Shown here piece by piece: positions 43,246 through 55,840 of a stretch of 64,000 nucleotides of DNA; position 1 is the first letter of the stretch, and every line of letters starts with the position of its first letter. The stretch comes from Rebecca billardiae RCC1528. Its lineage: Eukaryota; Protista; Haptophyta. The notes beneath the pieces were generated by a model. The model was not told where the DNA came from and made no database searches. It was given only the letters and a program-made list of their open reading frames with translations. The stretch is from contig OZ251229.1 of the NCBI GenBank assembly GCA_965240325.2, forward strand, positions 1,054,001-1,118,000, read 5' to 3'. Position numbers and translations under genes: made by a program.

Positions 43246-44820
43246 TCAAACAAAGTCGGGGCGCGCGGCGAGGCACGTCTTGTTTCTCTGGACGCGCAGC
43301 GCGTGGCCATCACGGCCGAGCGCCTGGCGGAAGAGGCAGCAGCCCGGCCGCACCACGCGAGCCGGGGTTGCCGCCACGCTGGCATTAGCGCCGCCGCCGC
43401 CACCGCTTGCCGTGTGGACAGGTGCAGGCCGCAGGCGCCGTCGCCTGCGTCGAGCCTTGGGCTGCGCAGCAGGCGGCGTGCGCGGCGCGGGGCGGCTGCG
43501 CCGAAGTGCAAACGGCAGCCCACAGCCAGCGGACGGCCGCCGACGCGCCGTGCCCGCCTCCACCGCAGCACGCACCGCCGCCGGCAGGGCCGCGAGCGAC
43601 GCGTCGAGCGCGCGCGTGGCGTGCGCGTGCAACACGCGGTCGGCGCGTGTCGCGCCCAGCGCGGCGATGCGCTCGTCGACCGTCCACGCGCTCGTGCGCT
43701 CGCGGGACTGCTCGACGAGCCGCGTGCAGTACTTGGCGCGCGAGCCGGCGCACGCCTTCAGCATCGAGAAGTGCGCGGGCTTCACGTTGATCGGGCACTC
43801 GGCAATCCCGGCGCGCGCGCAGAGCACGCCGAGGGTGTGGCCCAGTCGCTCCGTCACGCCGAGCACGTCGTACGGCGCGAGGAGCGCCTGGAGCGCGCGG
43901 GTCTGGGCGGCGCTCACGCCCCGCGGGGCGAGCGGGGCGAGGCTTGCGAGGGGCTCCGTGCGCTCAATCTCCGCCCGCGCCAGCCCGCCCAGCGGATCGC
44001 TCGGCGCGTCCGACCAAGGCCTGCACAGCCGTGCCCAGCCACCCCGAGCGCTGTGCGCAGCCATCATGCCCTCCGCCGTGAGCGTCGTGCCGGCACGGTC
44101 GGCAGGGAGCGAGGCGGCCGCCCACGCATGGTGCGCGAGGTTGATGCCCGCGTCCGCGCGGGACGCCGCCCACGACGCCTCCGCGCGCCCCTCGAGCCCC
44201 GAGAGCGTCGCCAGCTCCACACACTGCGTCTCCGCACGAGTGGCGATCCAGCTCAGCAGCGACGTGTTGCCACGGCGCACGAGCTCCTTGTCCGCGGCTG
44301 GGAGGACCCACTCGGACTGAAGCCAGGCGAGTGGGTTGCGGATGACAACTACCAGCACCGCACGCGCCACCGCCGCGCCCTTCCCCAACGCAGCCGTCGC
44401 GCCGCGCGCATACAGCGCGTGGCGGGCGAACTGCGCGCTGTCATCCGGAGGGACGTGGTATTCCATGGCGAGGTGGAAGGGCTCGCCGCCGCGCGCGCAG
44501 CGGTCGAAGGCGCCAATCGCGAGCTGGCGCACACCCTTGCTCGCGTAGAAAACGCAGCGCGGCGGCGTCGCCGACAGCCGCTCCTGCCGCGCGACGTGCA
44601 CCCACGCGGCACCGCTGCGCACGCTCAGCCGCTCAAATGCCACGCGCACGGTGGTGCCGCCTGCCTTCGTCACGTGCCGCCAGAGCACGAGCGTGCAACG
44701 TGCTGGCTGCACGGGCAGCGCGATGAACTCGTTCGCGCAGTGCGGCGCCGGCTCAGGGCCTGCCCGTGCGGCGAGCAGCCACGGCAGCAGCCATGCTGCT
44801 CGGCGCGGGTAATCCGACAT
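43246..44820 (-). CDS. Secreted/membrane sulfotransferase-like protein
   Basis: Signal peptide; LWRHVTKAGGTTV, VIRNPLAWLQSEW, YDVLGVTERL, ADRVLH. Confidence 0.7.
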   Translation of the reverse strand: MSDYPRRAAWLLPWLLAARAGPEPAPHCANEFIALPVQPARCTLVLWRHVTKAGGTTVRVAFERLSVRSGAAWVHVARQERLSATPPRCVFYASKGVRQLAIGAFDRCARGGEPFHLAMEYHVPPDDSAQFARHALYARGATAALGKGAAVARAVLVVVIRNPLAWLQSEWVLPAADKELVRRGNTSLLSWIATRAETQCVELATLSGLEGRAEASWAASRADAGINLAHHAWAAASLPADRAGTTLTAEGMMAAHSARGGWARLCRPWSDAPSDPLGGLARAEIERTEPLASLAPLAPRGVSAAQTRALQALLAPYDVLGVTERLGHTLGVLCARAGIAECPINVKPAHFSMLKACAGSRAKYCTRLVEQSRERTSAWTVDERIAALGATRADRVLHAHATRALDASLAALPAAVRAAVEAGTARRRPSAGCGLPFALRRSRPAPRTPPAAQPKARRRRRRLRPAPVHTASGGGGGANASVAATPARVVRPGCCLFRQALGRDGHALRVQRNKTCLAARPDFV

Positions 44821-45130
44821 CGCCAGGCACCATCAGACTCTCTGGCCTGATGCAGATGCGTATTGACAAACTGAGTATTATACAAAGTAAAGTCAGTAAC
44901 AAATACATAGTACCAAACACCTTCATCAGGTACCTCCTGAAGAACTCCTAAACAAGTCCTCTTGTGAGTACCACCGGACTCGTGCGAAGATTCCCTGGGG
45001 AAATTCTTGCAGATCCCATCAGGACTGATGCGCACGCGTGACGATTGACGAAGCTGCTCGGCAGTCGGACTTTGGTTTCAGGTACTCACTCAGCAAGGGG
45101 GCCTCATCGAGAGCTCCCCGCACAGTCGAG

Positions 45131-47872
45131 ATGCCTCAGGCCAGGGTGAATCCTGAGATGGGGGACGCAATGCCCCGGCGGCTGTCTATGCGCACGATGT
45201 CTCCGGTGGGCGACCTGGAGTCAGACATCAGCCTGATCTCTGACAAGCTGCTGCACGCACCGCCGCGCGCGCTGAACGGTCGTGCGTGGAGCACGCTTGG
45301 CAACCCGCAGCTTGAGGCTGCTTACCGCGCTGAGTACCTGAAGCCGTGCATCGAGCGGAGCATCATGCGGTGCGCGCTCGTGGTTGCGCCCACCACGCTC
45401 ATCTTGTTCATCCTCGACATGCTCAACTACGACTTTAGCTTTCGATTCCATGCTCTCCTCTCCCTCTCGACGTTACTGCTGGTGTCTGTGAGCGCGGCCG
45501 TGGCGATGGCCGCGCGCCGCTGGGCGCTCAAGTACGAGGTGTGCGAGGCGGTGGTCACCGCCGTACTATGCGTGCTGTACGTGATCCCGTTGGCGCCGCT
45601 CGTGCCCACGGAGCAGACCGAGATCACGCCGAGCGCCAAGACGATCCAGCTGCTCACGGTGCGCTTCGCGCTCTTCGTCTTCTTCCCGTCGGTCTTCCTG
45701 CCCGTCCGGCCGAGGCGGTTCGCCGTGGCGACGTGCCTCGGCGCGGCCAGCGTCGTCGTGCAGGAGCTCGTCATCGCGCCCGGCACCGACCTCGAGATTG
45801 CGCGCACCGCGTTTGCGCTCGTGCTGATGCTCGTGCTCGCGACGATGATGCGCGCACACGTCTTCGACCTGCACCGCTCGGAGTGGATCTTCCTGCGCGA
45901 GGTGCGCAGCGTGGTGCACGAGCGCACGTCGCAGCAGTCGATGCGCACGCAGCAGGAGCTCGAGCTCGCGAAGGTGCAGGCGGCCAAGCAGGCGCGCTCG
46001 AAGCTGATCCGGCTCGCGATGCACAACCTGCGCAGCCCGCTGATGAGCGTGCACTCGCTCGCAGACGCGCTCGACAAGCTCGAGCCCGCGACGCCGGTCG
46101 CCGACGAGCGCGTGCGCGACATGCTCGCCTCGCTGGTCTCGCTGACGGAGCGCATGGAGTCGATCACCAGCGACATGCTCGACTTCGAGTCGATCGACGA
46201 CGGCCGCGTCACGCTCGCGCGGGAGCCGTTCGCCCTCAACGAGCTGCTGCTCGGCTGCTACGACACGTTTGCAGGGCTCGCGGCGTCGAGGCGGATCTCG
46301 CTCGAGCTGGCGGACACGCCCGCGGAGCTCGGCTGGCCGCGCCGTTTCCTGGGCGACGTGACCCGGCTGCAGCAGGTGCTCAACAACGGGCTCTCCAACG
46401 CGCTCAAGTTCACGCCGGAGGGCGGGGGCAGCGTGCGCGTCTCGATCGAGCTCAACCAGCGGCCGACGGTAGACGACGGCTGGTGGCGCATCCTCGTCAC
46501 GATCGTCGACCAGGGGCGAGGCATCGAGCCGGACGAGCTGCGCGTGCTGCAGGACGGCGAGACCTTCGCGCAGGTCGGTGCCGGCCAGCTGCAGGGCAAC
46601 GGCGGCACCGGGCTCGGCCTCTCGATCTCGCGCGAGATCCTCAAGCTGCACGGCGGCTCTGAGCTGCGCGTCGCCTCGGAGGGCGAGGGGAAGGGCGCGA
46701 CGTTTGAGGCGGCGCTTTGGCTGCAGGGCGCGCCGCCGGCGGCCTCGTCCTCGCTCGCGCCGCAGCACAAGCAGCGCCACCCCTCCGACCCGCCCAGCGC
46801 CACGGGCGCCACGCCGTCGTCCAACCCGCTGCATCACGTGCTGGACGCGCTCGCCAGTCGCTCACGGAACCGCACGCCGCAGCGGTCGCGCGCCGGTTCT
46901 GGCAACGGCTCGCGCGCCGGCTCGACGCGGAACTCTTCGAGAATCCTCTCGAGGGTGACGACGCCGTTCCGCTCGGGCTCATCGGCCGCGTCGGAGGTGG
47001 GCGAGATGCACTCCTTCTTCGGTGGCCTCGGCAGGCGCACTCGCGGCGGCGCGCGGCTGCGTGCGCAGTCTGAAGGCTACGTGATGGCACAGGGCTTTCC
47101 GCTGCTCGCGACGGGCAAGCCGGCCGAGACACGCGACGAGCGCTTGCGCTCCGAGGACGTCGCCGAGCGCAGCGACGACGGGAGCACAGACGGGCGCACG
47201 CCCAGCGAGGTCCAAGCCTCCTCGCAGCCGATTCCTGCGCGGCAGTTCGCGCCCGCGGCCGACGGCGGCATCAGCGATGATGAGGACGTGCTGCCTCCGC
47301 CGAGGCGGCGCTTCCACAGCGACATGGGTGGCGTGGGCATCGTACCGCCGCCGCAGACGATGCTCCGCTTCCCGCCCGGCTTCTGCTGCCTGCACGTCGA
47401 CGACGACAAGTTCGTGCAGATGACGCTGCCGCTCTCCACGTTTGCGCTGATCGGCGCGGCGTACGAGCAGGCGGACAACGGCGAGGAGGCGCTGCGGATG
47501 GCGGCGGAGAAGGAGTACGCGTTCATACTGATGGACAACCAGGTGTGCCCGCTGCGCATGCGCGTTCACGCGCGCGCCGCGCGCCCCGGGCCGCGCGCCG
47601 CTGACGCATCTCCTCGCCGCGCGCCGCGCCCGCAGATGCCGGTGATGAACGGCACGGAGGCGACCCGAGAGCTGCGCGCGCGCGGCTTCAAGGGCCCGAT
47701 CATCGGCATCACCGGAGACCCGCCAGGCTGCGACGACCGCGTCGCGTTCGAGCAGGCCGGGCTCAACATGTGCGTCGACAAGAGCACGGAGGGGAAGGAC
47801 GCCGTCCTCGCCGAGCTCCGCAAGTTTGCGCTGCCGAGCAGTCGACGGAACACTGGTTCCGAGCCGGCCTAG
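45131..47872 (+). CDS. Membrane-bound hybrid histidine kinase (~6 TM, HisKA, HATPase, receiver); in-frame 93-nt intron 47543-47635
   Basis: MHNLRSPL, QVLNNGLSNALKFT, DQGRGI, GTGLGLSISR; receiver LHVDDD...ILMDNQ|MPVMNG. Confidence 0.9.
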   Translation: MPQARVNPEMGDAMPRRLSMRTMSPVGDLESDISLISDKLLHAPPRALNGRAWSTLGNPQLEAAYRAEYLKPCIERSIMRCALVVAPTTLILFILDMLNYDFSFRFHALLSLSTLLLVSVSAAVAMAARRWALKYEVCEAVVTAVLCVLYVIPLAPLVPTEQTEITPSAKTIQLLTVRFALFVFFPSVFLPVRPRRFAVATCLGAASVVVQELVIAPGTDLEIARTAFALVLMLVLATMMRAHVFDLHRSEWIFLREVRSVVHERTSQQSMRTQQELELAKVQAAKQARSKLIRLAMHNLRSPLMSVHSLADALDKLEPATPVADERVRDMLASLVSLTERMESITSDMLDFESIDDGRVTLAREPFALNELLLGCYDTFAGLAASRRISLELADTPAELGWPRRFLGDVTRLQQVLNNGLSNALKFTPEGGGSVRVSIELNQRPTVDDGWWRILVTIVDQGRGIEPDELRVLQDGETFAQVGAGQLQGNGGTGLGLSISREILKLHGGSELRVASEGEGKGATFEAALWLQGAPPAASSSLAPQHKQRHPSDPPSATGATPSSNPLHHVLDALASRSRNRTPQRSRAGSGNGSRAGSTRNSSRILSRVTTPFRSGSSAASEVGEMHSFFGGLGRRTRGGARLRAQSEGYVMAQGFPLLATGKPAETRDERLRSEDVAERSDDGSTDGRTPSEVQASSQPIPARQFAPAADGGISDDEDVLPPPRRRFHSDMGGVGIVPPPQTMLRFPPGFCCLHVDDDKFVQMTLPLSTFALIGAAYEQADNGEEALRMAAEKEYAFILMDNQVCPLRMRVHARAARPGPRAADASPRRAPRPQMPVMNGTEATRELRARGFKGPIIGITGDPPGCDDRVAFEQAGLNMCVDKSTEGKDAVLAELRKFALPSSRRNTGSEPA

Positions 47873-48039
47873 CTTAGTCGGGCCAGTCGGGCAGCAGTGC
47901 CTAGCAGCGCGCAGCTAGCCACTAGAATCCAGCAGCCTAATAAAGACCTGGCGCCCGTCATCTGGTGACCTGGTGGCTGGTGGCGGCTGGCGGCGACTCA
48001 ACGTATCATTACTACATCATCATCATTATATATATATAT

Positions 48040-50012
48040 GTGTAAACTTTTCTGAGGATAGCGCACCAGCAAAATCCCTTGACCGCCATCCGGATTTTAC
48101 GGAGGCCGCGTTTGGACGCAGAAACGCGCGATGGCGAGGCCCGCCCTCGCACCACCGCTCTCGCGAGATCGCGACCGTGCGACCTGCGGCGTTGCGCTCG
48201 ACGCGCTCTTTCTGCTCGGAGGCCGCGAGGACTCCCAGGTGCGCCAGCTCGCGAGCGCGCACCTTCCTCCTCGCCGCGCTCGCCGAGCACGAGCCGATCT
48301 GCAGCAGATGTGCAAGGAGCCGCATGTGGCCTTCCTCGCGCGCGCGGCACGGCTACACACGAAAATCGTTAGAGGGCACTTCTCCGCGCATTCTACATTT
48401 TGGGGAAAGAACGCCTGAACTGCACAAAAAGTGCCCTCTAACGCTTCCGCTCCTCGCCGTTGCGTGCACGCGCAAAGGAGCACTGCAAAGGGTGCGACTG
48501 GGAGCATTCCTTCTCCCGGGCGGCCACCACGGCCTCGGAGGTGGTGAGGAACGCGTCGGCGACCACGGCGTGGACCACCTCCGTCGCGCCGGACACTCCG
48601 GGCGCCCCTCGCCGGACTCCATCCTCGCTGCGCGCTGACCGTTTGCCGAGCGGGCTGCCCCGCCGCCTGCCCGGCGTGTGCCCGCGTGGTGACACAAGAT
48701 GGTCGAAGGCGTGGCAGCGCGGTGGTGCGTGCGATCGGGGGACCCCACCTGAGCTACGACACGGGCGCGCGCGCTCATCCGTGCTCATCACGGTGGTGCA
48801 CGCGCGCGTCGCGCGCTGACGCTCGTCGGCTGTCGCGCGCTGACGGCTGGGCTGCTTTGGGGTGTCGGCGGCGGCCACAGCTCGCTGGTACGGGCGCGAT
48901 GGTGGCTGCGAGTGGTACGCGGCGTTGCACCAGGTCCATGTGCGTCACGCACGACGCTCGGCCGGCTCGCCCTCGGACCATTGGCTGAGCCCTACTCGCC
49001 GCGCGCACTGCGCGCGGCAGCCGCTCCGCAGCTGCTCCGGGCACGAAGCGCGCCCCGCGCGCTGCACGTGGGCGCGACGAGGTGGTGCAGCGAGCATGCG
49101 CGAGAGTGTGCGCGTGATGGGCACCACAATGACGATACTTGCCATGCACATCTGCCTCTCGCCACGCCTTCGTCACGATAGCTGCGACTGCTGCCCGGAG
49201 GTGCGCTCGAGCGCTCGCGCGCGTTTGAATCTGGGCTCGGCGGCGATCGCGTGGACGAGGGGCAGCGCGGTGCACGGTGGCGGAGCGCGTGCGGAGCGCA
49301 GCCTACACCTCCTACACGCTCCATCCAGACACATCGCGCATGCTCGCGCGGCCTCCTCGGTCCATCACGTGCGCGTGCGCGCGCGAGCAGGTGTGCATTC
49401 GCCGGGCGCGTTCACGGCGCGCCGCGTTGGCGCGCGCGCACCGATACCCGTGCGCAGCTCGACGAGCGAGCGCGGTGTGTTTCGATGCGTATGGGGAGGC
49501 TCGAATTTACGCGCGCGCACGCGCCGGCCCTCGCCGCCCCTTCGCTCGCCCACGCCTCATCTGCGCGCTCGGCGTTTGCAGGCAGCTGCGCATTCTTTCC
49601 GACACGTGCGCAAACGAGCAGATGGCGCTGGGCGAGGTCGATTGGTGCGTCAGATATTCGGCAACGACCAGGCCCGCTTGTGTGCCGCCGCTCGTGCTAC
49701 TCTCGACGACCACCTCTGGCTCGGTCGCGCGCACGAGGCTGCTCGCGGCCGAATCGTGCCGTGTACCGTCAAGCTGTACCGTGCGCAGCGAGGCGCACTC
49801 AGACGTCGGCATGGGCTCGCATGCGAGGGCCCGGCAGTGCGACGCGTCGATGGAGCATGCTCCGGATACGCTTCGGCGCACTTCCCGACGCGCACGAGCC
49901 GCTCGAAGGCGCGGAAGGGCGCCCAAACGGGGCAACCGCCATTTTGCGCCACTTCGGCCCGGATGGCGGTCAAGGGAAATTGCTGGTGCGCTATCCTCAG
50001 AAAAGTTTAATC
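48040..50012. mobile_element. Non-autonomous TIR element (~50-bp TIRs) inserted in a (TA)n tract
   Basis: taaacttttctgaggatagcgcaccagcaa..tcccttgaccgccatcc starts at 48043, and its reverse complement ends at 50009. TA runs flank both ends. Confidence 0.85.
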
Positions 50013-50142
50013 ATATATATATCCATCACTATTTTTAAAATTATATTGCGTAACTCAAACTGGCGCTGATGTCCGTAGAGACCGTCAGCCTGTGTCCGTG
50101 TGAGTACTCACCGCAGTGTAGTCATCGCGGATATTATTCAGA

Positions 50143-50254
<112 letters not shown>

Positions 50255-50332
50255 GTTACGCTCCCGAGTGACGCAATCTCCTGAAATCACGAAATATGAA
50301 ATATCTCCTCGGTTTGTAACTGTTTGAGTCCG

Positions 50333-50645
50333 TTTAAGTTCGTTTAGGCTTAATTCCAGGCTGTAGAATCCGCCTGTGCCAATTTCAGACTCGGCCAAAA
50401 TGTGATCTAGACGGTGCGATTCTGGTGCAAATAGCGAGATCACCTTGGAGATCGTGTATCTCCCCTACTAATGTTGCCGAGATCGCGTCGAGATTGAGGT
50501 CGTATATCTCCAGTAATCAGTATGTGCTGACATTTTTTCGCAAAACTTGTCAGCGTGACCCCAGGTCATTCCAGGCGAATATTGGCATCCCGAAGTTTGA
50601 GAGCCTCATCTCAAGACGACAGAAAGTTGGATTTTGGGCCACGCA
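50333..50645 (+). repeat. Dispersed repeat, less degraded copy of 8340-8845 (probable transposon fragment)
   Basis: Colinear identity blocks with 8340-8845. Confidence 0.85.
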
Positions 50646-50749
50646 CCCCCCAGTGGGGCTCTGAGCCTCTAGGATGAGACGACTCGATACTGTAGTCGAT
50701 GACAGCATCAGCAAGCGCGCGCGCGCATCGTACGTCGTCGCGCGTATAC

Positions 50750-50752
<3 letters not shown>

Positions 50753-50813
<61 letters not shown>
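50753..50813. repeat. (GA)n microsatellite
   Basis: Read directly from the sequence. Confidence 0.95.
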
Positions 50814-50815
<2 letters not shown>

Positions 50816-50916
50816 ATATATATACATATCCGATGATCATCGGCGACGAGTGTCACGGCATCCGAGCCGATCAGGCAGCACTGCGTCACACGCCCACGGC
50901 GGTTACTAGATATGAG

Positions 50917-52859
50917 TAGCCTGGTCCATCCCGATTTTCGCCAGTGAAAAAGCCTTTTCGGATTTTGGGCGCCTCATTTCTCCCGATTTTTCTCGTCGCT
51001 CGTCGCGCTCGTCAAAAATCGCCACCGGCCGTCCGACGGCTCGCCGCGACGAAGGTGGGAAGGGGCTCGAGAGCCTCGACTGGACGACTGCGCCGCCTCA
51101 TGTCAGGTGTAGTGCTGGACACATCGTTCGGGTGCCCCGGTGGTGTGCGTGCACACCTTGAGCGACATGTCTGCGTTGCTTCCGCCGCCCGCGGTCCGTC
51201 GCCAGGTCGACTTCTCGCCCGACGGCGCGCGTCGAACGCTCAGCTGCTGGGTTGCGCCGCGCCTTCGAGCCGGGCCAGTTTGGGCCAGATGCGGGCCACG
51301 CGACCGCTCGTGTCGGCCTAAGCCTACCCCTAGCGTGCACTCGATGCCTTCACCAACGTTGGGCGCGCTGCGCATCGCCAACGCTTCATCCGGCCAGTCC
51401 CGTCACGTTTGCGCATGGGTCGCCCAGGGCGGCGGCAGTCGATTTGTGCTGCTCGTGGAGCTGTATGACGGGCTGGGGGCGATCAGGATGGCTCGCCTTG
51501 CGGGGCTGGGTATATACAGTTACATTGTAGTGGCTGCCGGCTGACTCCAATCCCCTGGGTGCTGCTTTACCGTCATGGCCTTTGCTGCGAGCACAAGGTC
51601 GAGGATCGTACCGTGGTCTGCGAGGCAGAGTCGACGGAGTCGTCGCTTGGAGATGGTTGAGAGCGCGCATACGTCTTCCTTGGTGTCGTGCGGCTACTTC
51701 AGCACGCAAGGCGCGCGCTCTGGCACGTGTTTGGTGTCCATGGGTGGCACATTGTGCCATTCGGGTGGCTCGGAAGCACGTGCTCGGGTGTCTTTCCCGT
51801 TTACGCGCGGTGGGCCAAGTCACCACGCACGGCCAGAGCATGTCATGGCACGCAGAGGGTGCCCATGAACGATCCCCACCCCGGTGGTGGCCGTAGGCGC
51901 ACTCGAAGCGGTCGCATCGTCACCCGCGGATCACATCAGTCCGCCGTTGAGGCTGTCGGGCGAGCAAAGACGTGCGATCTGACCCTTGGACGGGCAGCTA
52001 GAATCGCGATTATGCCTCATCTAAGGACGCACATGTCGTCGTTGTAGGCAGTACTGATGCCCCAAGTGAAAGGGCGGGCGTGGCACGCGACTTGACAGCT
52101 TGAATGACTCGATGCACGCCGCCATGGACACGCGATCCGGATCCATTGCGAACCTGCCGTGTGGCTCACGGCGGCGCGCGTTGTGCCGCAGATCGGCCAG
52201 TTGCCACGCAGGAGATGGTCTCCAGACCAGGTCCAGCACCTGACCGACTGCCGCAGGCCTGGCCGGGTGGGAGTCCGGCCCTCTTCTTGTCTGCAGGAGT
52301 GCGCGGAAGGCCAGGCGGAGCCTCGTCCGACCACTGCACCCCGAGCGCCGCACTAATCGTGCAGCCTGGTCCCGACAGCTACCCGCCTATGGCGAATATG
52401 TAACGACATAGTGGCATTGTAACTATACAGGTCCAGAACTCATACTTATGCGGGTACATTGCCCATAATATGCGGGTATAAATGGGTAATATAGTCGATC
52501 TTGCAGTAGTTGAGTACGGCCACTTGCGCACAGACCACAGCCCATCCTAATGGCCTGTACCAGGGTTCATGCTCGCCTCGACGTACGCCAATAAGTAAGT
52601 TCGTGCGTTTGGGCTCATTTCGGCTAAGTACTTACCCACATTCAGACTGACGATTCTCTATGTGTCCGTAGTTGTCCGCGGCGCGCGCGCGCACGCTCAC
52701 GACGGGCCACGGATGCGATATTTTTAGGCCGAAACTTTTGCTGCGCCCGGGCTGGGCCCATTTGTTACGCTGTTTCCGGGTGTGAGCGCGTGCCTAGGGG
52801 CCCGCGTTCATTTGGCGATAAAATCCCCGAAAGTGCTCCAGTGCGTTTGGACCAGGCTA
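50917..52859. mobile_element. Non-autonomous TIR element with TAG...CTA termini (12-bp TIR TAGCCTGGTCCA) and ATATGAG TSD; Academ-like termini
   Basis: TAGCCTGGTCCA at 50917 and TGGACCAGGCTA ending at 52859. ATATGAG at 50910-50916 and 52860-52866. Confidence 0.8.
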
Positions 52860-53088
52860 ATATGAGTGACTACAGTACGTCAGTATACATCTGTCATCTC
52901 ACGACTGGGGTAGTGGTTCGTTACGACGACTCCGGCCGCACCTGTGACGACCGCCTTCTAGGATCGACCCCCGTCACTCACAGGTCACACTGGTCTACGC
53001 GACAGTGCTGCTGCGGACGCCGACGCGCTGGCGCGCGACGGCCGCTGCTCCCGCCGGCGCGCGACACGCCACCGCCTGCCACCGTCGT

Positions 53089-55577
<2,489 letters not shown>

Positions 55578-55840
55578 CCGCGTCCCACACGATACTTCGA
55601 GGGCGGCGACACGTGCAGGCGCTGGCAGCGCTCGCGCGTCTCCCCGGTCGCAGTATTCAGACTGCGCGCGACCGAGAGAAGCTTAGAGAACTTTACCCGC
55701 AACGGCGTCTGGACCGTGGCTTTTGTTATTTCGTCAGAAATGAGAAAATGGCGATGGCGGCCGCGCAGCCTGCGAGATACTCGACACTGACTCTCGCCCA
55801 GGCCTCCGGGCGCGCGGGCCCGGTCATCCGTGCAGCAGCG

